A DNA stretch of 62,049 nt, the filler included, from Choristocarpus tenellus KU-1152 (lineage: Eukaryota; Protista; Phaeophyceae): assembly GCA_964200185.2 (NCBI GenBank). It is 15 parts of 15 records of this genome, joined end to end, with 100 filler letters (N's around TTAATTAATTAA, not from the genome) between each part and the next. Parts side by side here need not be neighbours in the genome. Positions count along the whole stretch, not along the records: positions 1 to 6,119 come from CAXNAD020008897.1; positions 6,220 to 9,593 come from CAXNAD020020458.1; positions 9,694 to 12,959 come from CAXNAD020021160.1; positions 13,060 to 16,190 come from CAXNAD020022101.1; 11 more parts are not named here. One strand, given 5' to 3'. The position numbers were made by a program, and so were the translations under genes. Of the stretch, positions 1-13,123 are shown one piece after another. Within the stretch, counting starts at the first letter, position 1; the number at the start of each line of letters is the position of its first letter. Under the pieces are notes generated by a model, which saw nothing but the letters and a program-made list of their open reading frames with translations, did no database searches and was not told where the DNA came from.

Positions 1-223
1 TGTCCATTTGAGGCTTGATTTCCTGTGTTTTTTTATGACATTTTCCTACTCCAAAATATGTTGGAGTAAGTAAAATGTGTACGTTACGAAAAGGTGTGTC
101 CAGAACAAGGATATTGGAGTCAAAGTATCTTAGAGGGTAGAGTCGCGTCCTTTTGGGGCCCAAAATCCAATCTTGATATTTTGATGTAATTTTGACTATC
201 GTGTTTGTTAGGAAGTGTCGATA
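1..223. mobile_element. MITE family A copy, truncated by the window start, with its right half inverted
   Basis: 1-116 matches the internal part of 1209-1465. 117-223 is the reverse complement of the remaining right half and starts with the TIR GAGTCAAAGTATCTTAGAGGGTA. Confidence 0.8.
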
Positions 224-1208
224 CCCCCCCCCCCCCAGGCTAATGTGGCTGTCCTTCATTGTGTTGTTGTTGGTCTTCCCATGTCTCCTGTTTGTGGCAC
301 TCAACATGTACCTTATGTATGGAGTGGTGAAAGCTTACAGGTGGGTGTATTCATGTACCGTGAAAAGTAGTAACGCCTGACAATTATATACAGCTCTTGT
401 GCGCATGTGTGCGTGTTGAACCGTAGCAAAAATGAGTCTTGTCTCTTACTACTGTACTGCTACTGCTGTGGAGGTGTTGTTATTGTACAGGATGGCATGA
501 TGCTTTGGTGTTCGACCGAAGTTTCTGAACCTGGTGTTCATAGAGAGGACAAAGGGGTGGGATAATTTTTAGAAATTGATGTCCCTTGGTTGCGTTGCCT
601 GCCTTTGTCCGGAGTGCAATTTTATCTATTGAGCCTTTTGTGATGTTGATGACATTTCTTTTCTTTTTTCCCACCTCTGGGGTGATGTGTGCCTGCACAC
701 CTCTCCGTACACAAGTAATTTTTGTGTCTACTTGAAATAGGAGGAAGGCGTTTGTGCGAGTCTGCACTGCACTACCGTTGTAACATTAAAATAGATATAA
801 TTTGCTCACCCATCCATTGGGAACTACTAAATGTAGTGAGAGATCGTCTGTTCGGCGCCAGGGTTTTGCACATTGTTGGGTGCGTTTTTCTGATTTCATT
901 TCTTTTTGTCAAGGAGATTGGAGGGACCTGGCTCATTTTTTATGGTAAGTATTTTTATTTTACATTTCACTTTCTTATTTGCGGTATGCACCAGATATTA
1001 TTATTATATGGTATTTATTATTATTTCTAGGTAAACAAAACTGCGGGAGAGATGTGAGCGGCGTTTCCATCTTTCCAGAGTGAAGATGGATTGCTGCATC
1101 CTGCCAAAATGAAAGCGAATGAATGGAAGGCGTACATTTTCCTGGACATTTTTTTTTTTTTTTTTTTGGTTGTTGGTACTGGATGGTCAGTTTTGACGTG
1201 TATGTCCT

Positions 1209-1465
1209 GAGTGAAAGTATCTCAGAGGGTGCAAGTTTTGCCCTGTTTGTCCGTTTGAGGCTTTGCTTCCCTCGGGGTTTTATGACATTTTCCTACTCCA
1301 AAATATTTCGGAGTAGGTAAAATATATACATTATGAAAAGGTGTGTCTGGAAGAAGGATATGGACACTTCCTAACAAACACGATATCCAAAATTACATCC
1401 GAATCACAAAATTGGATTTTGTCCCCCAAATGTACGTGACTCTACCCTCTATGATACTTTGGCTC
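1209..1465. mobile_element. MITE family A, complete (257 bp), 4-bp TSD TCCT
   Basis: TIRs GAGTGAAAGTATCTCAGAGGGT...ACCCTCTATGATACTTTGGCTC, flanked by tcct on both sides. Several similar copies occur in the window. Confidence 0.9.
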
Positions 1466-2070
1466 TCCTGCCCTGTTTCATTTTCTGTCTCACACTCCCT
1501 GTTGTAGTGCCCACACCCTACCTCCATCACCATCCAAGACTCGACTCCCTTCCCCCGTCCCTCCTCTACACACCTCAATATTTACCATTCCACAGGAAAA
1601 ACATGGAAAGGCTTAGTGAGAGTAGTGGAAGCCTACACAGGCTATATTAAGGTGAAACATAAGCAAACTTTCTGTATATATATTTTGGGGAGTATTCTGC
1701 GTAGGATGAGGAGAGCTTTAGGGGGGGGGGGGCTTTGTGTTTTATATGTTGATGGGGATTGGTTGATATGGCTGTATGTGACGAGGTTCCTGTTCATTTA
1801 TTTTTTAAGGGGGTGACCATCGGTGGCGTTGTGTTTAAATCAAGTCTAGCCAACCGATTTTCATTTTTGCCCCTGGTATCTCTCTTGTCTTATCATACTC
1901 CTGAATGAAAGAAATACATTATGAAGCCTGTGTAGTTGAGATTTTTGTGTTTTCAATTCTTGTTTTAATTTAACTATATATATCCAATACAAACATTTTA
2001 TCGGTGGTAAAAGGTAGTGAGGCGTTGTTAAAGGGCGATCGTAAATCCAGTGCGGTTCACTGTCTATCAT

Positions 2071-2124
2071 CATACCATACCGTACCATAACATAACATAA
2101 CATAGCATAACATAACATACCATA
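2071..2124. repeat. Pentanucleotide microsatellite (CATAA/CATAC)n
   Basis: Read directly from the sequence. Confidence 0.85.
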
Positions 2125-2985
2125 TAATATGCTGTGTTGTACTTCTCATCTTACGCTACTCTCTGTTGAATTAGTACTAATCCTGGTTCTCATATCTTGC
2201 CCCAAGGAGTTTCATCCCTTCCAATGATTGACCTTACTGTCTCTACTCTTGGCGTAATTATGATCAGATGTGGGGCATCTGCATCACCGATAGCTACAGG
2301 GCTAGATAGCGGGCTACAGTGCACTGATACTCCAAAGGGATTGTTGTTGGAGCATGAATCTCCCAGTACCTCCAGCCAGTTGTCGATAGCAGAGTATCCC
2401 TCCACTCCCACCAGGTTAGTTGATTGACTGTTGTGGGAAGGTTGAGTTTTTTGTTTTTTTTGCCCAGTTTATGTGATTGAGGTTGGAATGTGTCCTAATT
2501 TCGTAAAGTTTGTGTTTCGATGAGAAGGGTGTACCCTGGTTTGGCAGTGGAGCACCACCTCCAGACCTCAACTCAAATATTTTATATCGTATGAACACTT
2601 TATCCCAGTCAATTTTGGGTCAAGCCCATCCTCAATGAAAAGCTCCGTCCTCGATTTTTGAAATCGGCTGTTTTTAGGGCTAATAACGACATATGTATAG
2701 TTTTCATTGGTTTTCCCCCTGTTACAAAATATCATTGTTTACGTTTAAATATGGAAAAATTATTTTCATGTGACAGGTATGTCAAGGTCTACTTTTGCTA
2801 TAATCATATTTTTTGTTATTATTGTTGCTATTACTCTTGCTATTATTATTATTATTATTATTATTTATTGTTGTCAATACCACTATTAGATACGGGTGAT
2901 ATAATTGTAACATCGATGAGGTTTATTTGACCAGCAATAGCAATATTTGCATGACAAGGAGTGTTCCACTTTCCTGTTTCAACAT

Positions 2986-3021
<36 letters not shown>

Positions 3022-3836
3022 TTATTTCAGGTGACAGGGTTAGGGTGTAATATAGTTGTAAGAGATACAAAAAATATTCTATAATCTACAACACATTATT
3101 AACACCAGTTATTGTATTCTTAGGACTGGGCTGGGGTTTGTGACCACCGCAAAATTGTAATGCAGCTCCTCGGTGACTTTTTTGCACAAGAGTCGAACCT
3201 GCTGAGAGGTAGGCTGGGTTGCAATTTAAGGTTCCCCTGAAATGTCCATCGTTCTTCTCAATCGCTGAAAGGAGGGCCTCTGCGCATTTGTGGCAAGGTT
3301 TAGCGTGAAAAGAGTGCAAAATATGTAGTTTGCAGGAACCTAGGCGATGTTTCCCTCGAATGTTCTCCATGACTTGTTTGTTGGGCATGTGTTAAGTTAA
3401 ACCCCTTGGCTTATCTCAGTTTGATTTTTTGAATGCCATTTCAACGCCATTGTGTGTAAGACGCTTCTTCTCGTCTTTTTTTAGTGCTTGATTATGTTGA
3501 GTATAGTCGTACGTAGAGGGTGGTTTAATTGTTTTGGTCGAGAGTTGGTAATTGAAATCGCAACGTGGATCTACTTTTGAGGAATGTTTGGCATGCTATA
3601 AACTAAACCGAACCAGGATACTCAATGTAGAAGTGAAATATTAAGAATGATGTAATTGAAGGCGAAAGTCCTCTACATCCCTTAGAAAAATGTTGCATCT
3701 TTGTATTATTATACATTATGTTATGCTTGTTCCAGTTCCAACATGCTGCTATGCTAGTCAATATTCTATATCTGAACACATTTCCACACAACAATTCTCC
3801 AGTATAATTTACTGAAAGAATGCAGAGCCTTTCTCT

Positions 3837-4792
3837 TGGCCGGCAAAATAAAATGGTCCCGTCCACCTGCCAGACAGGGTCAAACATTCTCTAACACATC
3901 CGGACCATGTCCATGGATATTGTATGGGTCCATGTCTGCCAGCCGGGACAGGTCTAGCATTCTCTGACCTGTCCGGACCATGTGCACTGGGTAATTGTAC
4001 AGATCCGTGTCCGCAGGTCGCCAGACTAACTTTTTTCTTTGCATGTCCGGACAATACCTGCTGGCCAGTCAAGCATTTTTCTGGCATGTGCAGATTATGT
4101 CCACTACATGTGTACATGTCAAAGGATTAGTTATACTCCAGAAGTACGTGGATGTAGGTATTATTTCAAATCTTCTGGGACTTCTTCGTTCGAAAACATA
4201 AATATTTACATTATTTGTATGTATGTGCAGTGAGAATGTTAGGAGGCATGGATGCTTGAAATGTTTTATACTTACGTTTTTTATTTACACATTTAACGCT
4301 TGATGAATAAATGTCTAAATAGTCTTAAAGTCACGAATCACCTCAGCCATGTAACACCAGCGCACAAAGACAATGTATTGGTATTCAATTTGGAATATTC
4401 ACCAGTCTCTAAAATAGTAAAATAGAAAATAATTTGAATATATCAATACTTACATATTTTATATTTAGCACCTACACTAGTATAGGACACAAAGTACAAC
4501 TAGAATGAAGGAAAATAGAGAGCCATGGCCATGACGTGTCCAACTCGAGTGTAAAAAAAATCAGGATTTTTCACCAGGTCAGCAAATTCCAACAGTCCAG
4601 TTCACTGGCCAGACCAGCCCCAAAATGATCTAACATGTCCCAGTCCATGTCCCTTTCCCGACCGGTCCCACAATTGTTTCACATGTCCGGTCCATGTCCC
4701 GACCATGTCCACAGGGTATTGTAGTGTTCCATGTCCACCGCCCGGCTAGTCTAACCTTTTTCTTTGAATGTCCAGACCATGTCCACTACGTT
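3837..4792. repeat. Two blocks (about 3837-4120 and 4525-4792) of degenerate tandem repeats built on a CATGTCC/GGACCATGTCC core
   Basis: The motifs catgtccgga, ccatgtcca and ctaac(c)ttttt(t)ctttg recur in both blocks. Confidence 0.65.
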
Positions 4793-5424
4793 TTATACAA
4801 GTGCGAGTGTGAGACATTCACACAGACGGATCACAAATCACCTCAGACACCCAACAGTACGTTTGTTCTGAAGTTACAATTTCAACATTCTAAATAAAGC
4901 AATATAAAAGAATATAGAAATATCACTATTGTTATGGGGTTTGGTTCTGTGTGATGGGGGGCGATGAGAACCACCAGAGATGAGGTCCAGGAAGGAAGTG
5001 AGATATGAGACTGAGGCTTGTATGTTGACCACCTCATAGTGGCATGTGGATCAATCTCCACTGTGATTGGTTGCAACCAGTCAGAACAGAAAACACAATC
5101 TCGGACTTTGCTGGCTTGAATCCACCATTAATGTCGGGTTACTGCAAACCTATTTTGCGTATGACCCATACCACATCACTTGGGCTGACCTCAATGGCAA
5201 AAGGTGTTGCGCGCGAATGTGTATCACTGCACGCACAATCCTCATCACTGTCGGGAGATCCCAAAAAAGGGACCTGTCCCTGACAATATGCAATATATTT
5301 AGTGCTGAACAATTGAAATTAGAAGTTTAGGATACAATTTTGACGAAGAGTGGGTAAAATGTAAAATAGGAGGCATGGTCATAACCTTACCGATCCAAGT
5401 GAAAAAAAAATTAACTGATCGGTC

Positions 5425-5880
5425 ATAGATAAAATGTGCTAAGATGGTGGAGTCCATGGTCATCGCTTACTCAACATGACCGGGGCCACTGGCCGGCCAT
5501 GTCTAACCAAGTCCGAACAAGGCTAGGTCCATGGCCATCACTTACTCAACATGATCGGGGTTAACACTGGCTATGTATAAGCAAGTTGGAGCATGACCAT
5601 GTCCAAGATCATTGACCGTTTCAACATGGCCAGGCCACGGACTGACCCACGACCATATGGCTGATGGTTGACATGCAAACTGCCCGTCCCGATGACAAAT
5701 CCTGAAAAAATAGTGCCTCCACCCAAAGATAAAAAATATCCTAAGATGGTCGAGTCCATGGTCTTCACTACTCAACATCACTGGGGCCACCAGCCGGCCA
5801 TGTATAACCAAGTTTGAACATGGCCGAGTCCATGGCCATCGACCTTTTCAACACAGCTGGGCCAAGGGCTGGCCCGCAGC
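5425..5880. repeat. Degenerate ~80-bp tandem repeats with a ~300-bp higher-order duplication
   Basis: ctaagatggt(g/c)gagtccatggtc...actcaacat...ggggccac..gccggccatgt.taaccaagt occurs at ~5439 and ~5741. Confidence 0.75.
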
Positions 5881-6023
5881 CATACTGCGGACAGTGCACA
5901 TGCTAATTCCCCACCTAACAATTTTTGTGCGGTCCCATCTCACCCCTCTTCACACGTATCATTCACCAACGCCTCCCCTAATGAGGACAAACCTACTTTC
6001 TGTTGGGAGGAGGCAAGGGCATC

Positions 6024-6119
6024 TGTTACAGGCGAGTAGCGCGAGTATTTCTTCCCGCGCTTTGACTGGCGCGAGCAGTATGCGCGCGAAAAAAAAAAAA
6101 AAAGGGGGAACTCCGATTT
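6024..6119 (+). mobile_element. Start of an LTR (same family as 49857-50299), preceded by a purine tract; probably a 3' LTR
   Basis: TGTTACAGGCG...GGGGGAACTCCGATT matches 49857 onward. The upstream GGGAGGAGGCAAGGG is PPT-like. Confidence 0.65.
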
Positions 6120-6219
6120 NNNNNNNNNNNNNNNNNNNNNNNNNNNNNNNNNNNNNNNNNNNNTTAATTAATTAANNNNNNNNNNNNNNNNNNNNNNNNN
6201 NNNNNNNNNNNNNNNNNNN

Positions 6220-6398
6220 TTGGGAGGGAGGGGGGGGACTACACCAGCGTGTCCATTTGGACCAAAATCAGGAAAAGTGCATTTACAGTATCCATCCGAC
6301 GTATGCAACCAAATCACAAAAAAATCACAAAAAAATCACAACATGAAAAAATTGACCCGAAATGGACAGCCGCCACCCCCTCCCAAATACTTTGAGCC
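6220..6398. mobile_element. MITE family B copy, left end lost at the contig start
   Basis: Matches 33363-33542 and ends AAATACTTTGAGCC. Confidence 0.85.
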
Positions 6399-7534
6399 AT
6401 TTTTATTGGAGGGAAAATGATGCACGACCAAGGGCTATGCACTGACCACCTTTTATTTTTAGAGATTTCAGAGCATCATTGATCGAGAATACAACCATTT
6501 CCTATGCGCTGTTGGAGGCACGATTTTGCAGTTACGAGGAATACATTCAGACCAACATCAACACAACAGCATAGTTCAATCAAAGTATTGACCAAGGACG
6601 TCATATGCTCGATACGAATTGACTATGCACTGGGGAGATATCTGTATCAACCACCAGATATGGGGGTGGCCAACAGAATCATTGCAGCGCAGACCTCACT
6701 TCCTTTCTTCCTTTTGTCAATGTTGGTGAGAGCTTGTATGGTGCATATTCCCTGCCACTGCAATGTTCTCCACTGATTAAAGGTTCTCATGTGATGTCCC
6801 AGCTTCATTAAGCCCACATACAGCTTAAAGCAAAGCCTGCCCTTGTCCACGTTCCGTTCATATGGAGTGAGTTTGAAATACTGCTTTCCACTGGCACGTT
6901 GAACGCCTCTGGATCTCCACCTCATACTGAATCCATCGCCTTCAAGGTGGATGACAAGGCTCAGCACATGATTGGTAATAGGCAATAAAGCAAGTATCAA
7001 ACAAAACACCCTTGCCAGGTTCAAGCAGAGCACTGCGCGCACTTGTCCAATTGCAGACCCGAAAATAGCGGAAGAAGTTATATACAAAATGTTTTTGGGA
7101 GGTTGCATTAGAGTCGTACATCTGCAAAGCGTTTGAAAAAAAAAAGTACTCCTTTCTTCATCACTCTACTCACCCCGCACAAAAAATGGCCTCTCAGGAA
7201 ATTTTATAAGCTCCTCTTTCCGCAAATGAAAGAATAGTCTAAATGCCACAAAAGGCAAAGCTGTGAACAATTGTGACTGTCATCACTCCCCCTGACTGTC
7301 CACCACAATGTGGCATGTACCTGAGATCCGAGAGAGCAACAAATGTTGTCGACTCAATTTGGAGATTATTTTATTTACTTCTAAGTTTTATTCTGATAGC
7401 CTGTATGGCCTTATCGTCTGGGAAACACATATTTTCCATACCCACAATTTTTTCCCGCGATTTTTATATATCTGTTTGTGGGTAGCTATATTATCTGCTT
7501 ACCTGTTATTTGATAGTTCACTGCCCAATACGTA

Positions 7535-7600
7535 CTTGTTGTCCACTTGTTGTCCACTTGTTGTCCACTTGTTGTCCACTTGTTGTCCGCCTGTTGTTCC
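7535..7600. repeat. 11-bp minisatellite (CTTGTTGTCCA) x~5
   Basis: Read directly. It explains the overlapping low-complexity ORFs here. Confidence 0.9.
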
Positions 7601-10149
7601 TTTTGTCTGTACTGTGCTACAGGTGCCACTGGAGGTTCCCCTTTTGCCCTTTCCTTCCCAATCAGCACAGTGCCGCCTCCCCAGTCTTTCCTGGTGTTGC
7701 TTGAAATCCCTTTTCCCAATATTTGTTCCGTCCAATAAACACAGCACAGCGTGTCTTTTCTACCTCAGAAACGTCTTCAATTCTCACACTGATGGTACCT
7801 CTGCTATGACTTACGTGCAGTTTGTTTCACCGTGGCCACTTCCGAGTCCTTGTTGTTGCTCTTCTTGTTTCTTTTTTTTTCCACTTCATCCTTCTTTTGA
7901 TCTTGTCTATTATTTGCCTTGGACAAATTGACGCCGCCTTATTCTCTTGTTCTGTCACTAGTCGTATATATCAATCTGGTTCGTTCTGGGGTGTGTGTGA
8001 TTCTGGACACAGAAGGTCAGAGGACAACTGCGCAACTGACCATGCCCTGGCGAGATCCATTTACCAAATTTCATTTTCTTTGAGATGCGAGTTCGCATCT
8101 ATATACTACTACTATGGTATGTGTGATACATACTACCTTTCCTATGCTCGTATGCGTCAAATACGAGTTTGCTCCTACTCGCATGTAGGTGCTCATACAA
8201 CTAGTGCACAATTAGCTCAGGTGTGGGTATGCTATCATCTCGAAATAATCTAGTTTCCCCACCAGGTTGCAATCATTCTTCGGCACAAACGCAACTACCT
8301 TATATGTGGAAGTCACCTCCAACAAATAGTTTATGTTGACTTAGGAGGTGTTTACATGCATCATATGCGACAAGTTTAACATATGGTATGTGGACTTTCC
8401 ACGTGATAGATCCTTTGTGCGTGTATCACTATGATGTTAAATATGTAAGGTCACCCTTCACGCTTCCATGGTATAGTCGATATAGGGTTTTGTCATAACT
8501 TATGTGTTTAAAGTTTCAGACATGCGAAGAGGAGGTTTTATCTGTGTGTACGTTATAACACGCGCACTTGACTTCATCAGACTGGAAAATAACAAAAAAT
8601 AGTGGAGGGTTTTCCACACCTTGGGGAGTCACTTGATAGTTCCACATATGTGTTATGTGTCCTTCTATCTACATTTTTAACATCTTCGGTGTATCATCTC
8701 AAATTAGAAAGGGACCCCATGAACCTATTGTACGAGTATACTACATACGTATCGTATGTACTTAAATTATTTTTGTTGCAGAGAAAATGGTTTGTATGAG
8801 TGGGTGAAACCCTTGAAGAATGTCCTGTAGCTTGTGTGAAGTGATTGGTTGAGGTTGTAGACTTACCGTGTGTTGATGTTTGATTTGGCGAATTGAAGTT
8901 GTAGTTGAACGATCAGGTTAGTGGTGGAGTGAATAAATTGAGTCTGAGATAGATTCCTGCTGCTGCTGTTCATATAGTCACGCCGATCTTGCTTTGTGGG
9001 AGATAATGATCACCCCTGCCTATCTTGAGGTTGAATAATCTTTGTGTTTCCCGAACGATGTGTGAATAACGTATCACAGTGACGCAACTTCCTTCCACTT
9101 TCCAAAAGCAATGTGTGATGAGTATCTCAAAGGGGTAAACTCTTTTATCCTGCAATATTGCTGTTCTAGGTTTTGCCCATTGGAAGTTGTAAGAGTGACG
9201 ATTCCTGCCAGGTTGGTAGGTCACCATTCAACTATCCTTATTGATGTTGGCCATTGTTCTATCGTAGTATAGAATGAAGCGATGGACCAGATCTTCTCTC
9301 TCACGGGCATATTGTTCTGGTTCAAAGTAAATATTGACTGAGATCGTATATGACTTGGTGTTGTCACGTCAGACTCCTGGAGTTACATCGCTCTTGACAG
9401 AGAAGAGTACCTATGGGCGCAAGCCCACTTTGCAATCAGTACCAGACAGGGGCCATAGGTTGCACCTTGGCCCTGTGCTTTGCCCTGTCTGAGCCAAACC
9501 AACTGAAAGGTAAGCAGATTTGGTCCCTGTTGCATTCTATGCTATTTTTCACACCCTATGCAATACTACACTCTGGGTCAAAGTATCTGGGGGNNNNNNN
9601 NNNNNNNNNNNNNNNNNNNNNNNNNNNNNNNNNNNNNTTAATTAATTAANNNNNNNNNNNNNNNNNNNNNNNNNNNNNNNNNNNNNNNNNNNNGTACTTT
9701 TTTAAGACCGTTTTCGCAAAACAACCATCCTCGTAGTCCCAATTTTGAAAATCCTCTGTTAGCTAGAATGTTCCTATCAAAAATAAACCGTTTCCCGCGC
9801 TTGGCTCTAAGTCGCAACAATAAGAAGGTCAAAGTCTGTCTTTGATGGTGTGAAGAATGTGACTGATATCTTTCAACATTGCTGTTGGAATCTTTTTGAA
9901 CTAATGTTGGGTGGTGGTTCCTTCGTCCTCTTCGACGGAGAAGAAGCGAAGGAGGTCGACCACTTGGTATTACTGTAGAGCTGTAGACCTGGAACGTAGC
10001 CACTAACTATGGAAGGGGAGGTATCAGGTATCCTGATATCGCCATCCAGGTTGACCTTTACATGTGAGAATCCCTTTTATTCAAGACTTCCCTATCCCAT
10101 TTAAAATATATCACAAAATACACTTTCGAGGCAGCGAGAAATGGAGCCG

Positions 10150-10900
10150 CACAAAGATCTATTTCAAGGTTCGCAAAAGGGACAACTACCTGGGCGCAGC
10201 GCCACGGTGATTATTTAAATATCTGTGTGAAAGTTCGGTGATTGATGCCGAATATGATCAGCCAAGTGGCTTTTGCACCTTGGGGGTGTGTATTTTTTTG
10301 GATTATTAAGCCCTTGTTCGTCACTCAAATCTCTTACCATGCGACCTCAGTCCGCAAAAAACTACGGAAGTCTAGTCCACCTTTCAAGATTCACAAATAT
10401 CTCCGTTCACCAGCCATTTTCATCGGTGGTCCCTGCAGAGACCTACTCTACCCCTTTCCTTGTACCCACTGCACTCTCTGGACAAGATGCAATTGCATAA
10501 CCTGAAAACAGATAGATATGTTTAGATCTCTGCTACTCTGGCAGTATTCATAATCGACGTGAGTCTCGGGCATACTGCTTGCTACTTTAGATTACATACA
10601 AAGTCCCCCTGCCTTCCTCAGCATATATTTCTTGTGTTACATCCTGAGATGGTGAACCAGTGCTTCCTCCCAAGATCTCAACATCTCGTGAAGCCATTTT
10701 TTTCAGAGGGAAGATGACCGGAAACCCCATCCTGTTGCTGTACGACAGTGTCTGACGGCCTCCCCAGAACAGCAGCCTTGAAAATTTCGAATCCTTCACA
10801 TGCGGATACACTTGTTTTCAAGGTGGGGGCTGAGACTTTTGTAGTCAGCTACTGGTAAATGTGTTATGTTTTCCTCTTCTCGGCTTATCAAAAATATCAA
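10150..10900 (-). pseudogene. Possible heavily decayed pogo/Tc5-like (CENP-B HTH + DDE_1) transposase
   Basis: Minus-strand fragments SKFSRLLFW..RQTLSY (cf. FKASRGW..RF..R..LS), ENGW*TEIF and YTPPRC (cf. PP.CT..LQP.D) occur in the expected order, with many stops. Confidence 0.3.
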
Positions 10901-13059
10901 ACTTTAACATTATCTGCTTGAGGGACTTCCCAGAAATCAATTTCAGTTAGGAGGATACTCCAGAGACAATCGTAATCACACACAAGGTTACTTATTCAAT
11001 CTTCTGGTCCACTCACTTCTACTCCCCCCACACCAATTGACCTCTTACCTTTGAGCACCCTCTAAATCTGTTCCCTGGCAGATTCGCACAACACAGCCAA
11101 AGATGTACCATGTTAGACCAGGCCGGGGTGTGGTTGATCGTGGAGGCTCAATTGCAGTAGCCATTGCTCCTAAGGTAGCAACAGCTGCAGCTGTCAGTCA
11201 TGATGTTGGTGAAGGCACAATAATGGGACCTCTCTTCCAGATCAGACATATGTATGTTGCATCGAGAAAGGCTGAAGAGGTGGGTCTACTGTGGGGAGGT
11301 AGTACTCATGATGGAGGGAAAGATCAACGGGACAGGATGGATGCTTTTTGGAAGCAGGTGTGCAAGACAAAATTATGTTTGTGTGCGCAAAGGGCAAGAA
11401 GGTGGAGAGGTGCAGTATCTTGTGTGATGAATATGAAACCATTTTTTCCTTGGGCAGGTCAAGGAAGCTGTATATGAGCCAAAGCATATCAACACTTGGG
11501 AGGTGCTGACCTTCCATTGAGAGGTCTGACAATTATGACATACCAACACCCAACCTAATACACAAAGAGCAGGGGATCCAACTCGGTCTGGCCCCCCTCT
11601 AGATTATCTCTCACTGTAATGTTTAAACCACTGTAATCATCACTCGACCATAGCTGGTACATATTACATCCCAACACACGGTTTGAAAGTCATTGGCTGT
11701 TTCTTCTTGCCGTTCTATCAAATCCTCTCCTTTCCTCTCAGAACTTACAACACACAGAGCACATCTGTTTTGTACATTTTCTTATTCTTTTAGGCTGCAC
11801 AAAAGTTCCCAGGATTTATTGGATACATGTGATGAGTTGCAAGACTCCCCATTGTCTTTGCATATACACCTACCATTATACCTCTGTTCCTTCCAAGCCA
11901 TTGTTACTCATATGCGTGTGCATGAGTGAGCTCTGTGCCTTTAACGTACTACTGCAAGCTGTTCTGTGGATCAAGTTGTGATGCACTATTGAAGCATTGA
12001 GAACATACTTGGGGGCATGTACTCTGTTGCCGTTTTTTTCCGTTCCAAGTACCACATTAGATATGGGTACCATATTTGTTGGGGTGGACAGACTGAATGC
12101 TTGCTCTTCGAGCCCTTCCAGTGCCCTCATTGGACATCAATCACCTACCATGGCATAGGGCTATTTACCCTGCACTCTCGTTTTAGCCACAGATGTTTTA
12201 CATTCAAGGAGCACTTGAGGCAAATAACACATTGCATGTTTAAGACATAGAGGCAGAGTTGTTGAAAGAGATGAGTAAGCCTGTTTAGTGTCAGGGAGAG
12301 GGAGTGGATGATATACCTGTCAACACCACTGCCAATTCTATCACAATATTGTTGTTTCCCCCCATCACCATGGAACCAGTTGCCTCAATCCGCCTTTGTG
12401 GTCAAGAGTTTGGTGGAGTCTACAATCAACATCACCTGCTCACCCCCTGGGATTATGCAATCACACTCAGAGGATCAAGGGCATCAAACATCTGCACCCA
12501 CCAACCTAGTCACGGCTCCATCCGAGTCTATGTCCATCTCATCACACACTCATGTGTGCGACAAGGTCCCCCCTGTGGCTGCTGTGCTACGAGGAGGTGG
12601 AAAGGAGGGACCTCATCCGATGGAGGTCACGCAAGGTTCAGAGAGTGGAGGTGACAGGTATGCAGGATGTACTCCTGCAGACCATGCAGAGGGAGGCAAT
12701 CAGGAGAAAAGCACTGGGCAACGTTCGAGGGATGCTGAGTACAAATGGAGGGGAGGGGGGGGCAGGGCGGAAAACACCGGAAGTAAGGCTGAGTTGAAGT
12801 GTGAGTCAGGTTGCTTTCTCAGCAACATTTGTTCTCAACCGGAGGCTGTCATAGATGTTGGTGAGGGAGGACCCACCCCTCACAAGGGTTTGAAAGGTTC
12901 CCTTTCCTCTTTATTCACATTAAATGGCCTCCTTGGATGTGAGAGGTCGGACAGGGGGGNNNNNNNNNNNNNNNNNNNNNNNNNNNNNNNNNNNNNNNNN
13001 NNNTTAATTAATTAANNNNNNNNNNNNNNNNNNNNNNNNNNNNNNNNNNNNNNNNNNNN

Positions 13060-13123
13060 GTTTTGAGGTCGTTGGATTTGAGTTGTACATCCTGGAAGGT
13101 GAGCATTGAGGGGCGCCTGTAAC
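13060..13123 (+). mobile_element. 3' end of an LTR (…GGGGCGCCTGTAACA) abutting a Gypsy integrase
   Basis: Matches ~50246-50299. Sequence after 13124 matches the integrase at 54036 onward. Confidence 0.7.

Noticed and set aside
5425-5880. CRISPR-like appearance of periodic repeats
   Set aside because: Whole units are similar, with no unique spacers, no cas genes and a eukaryotic context.
7308-7931. 207-aa ORF with LLSTCCP repeats
   Set aside because: Produced by an 11-bp minisatellite and pyrimidine-rich sequence.
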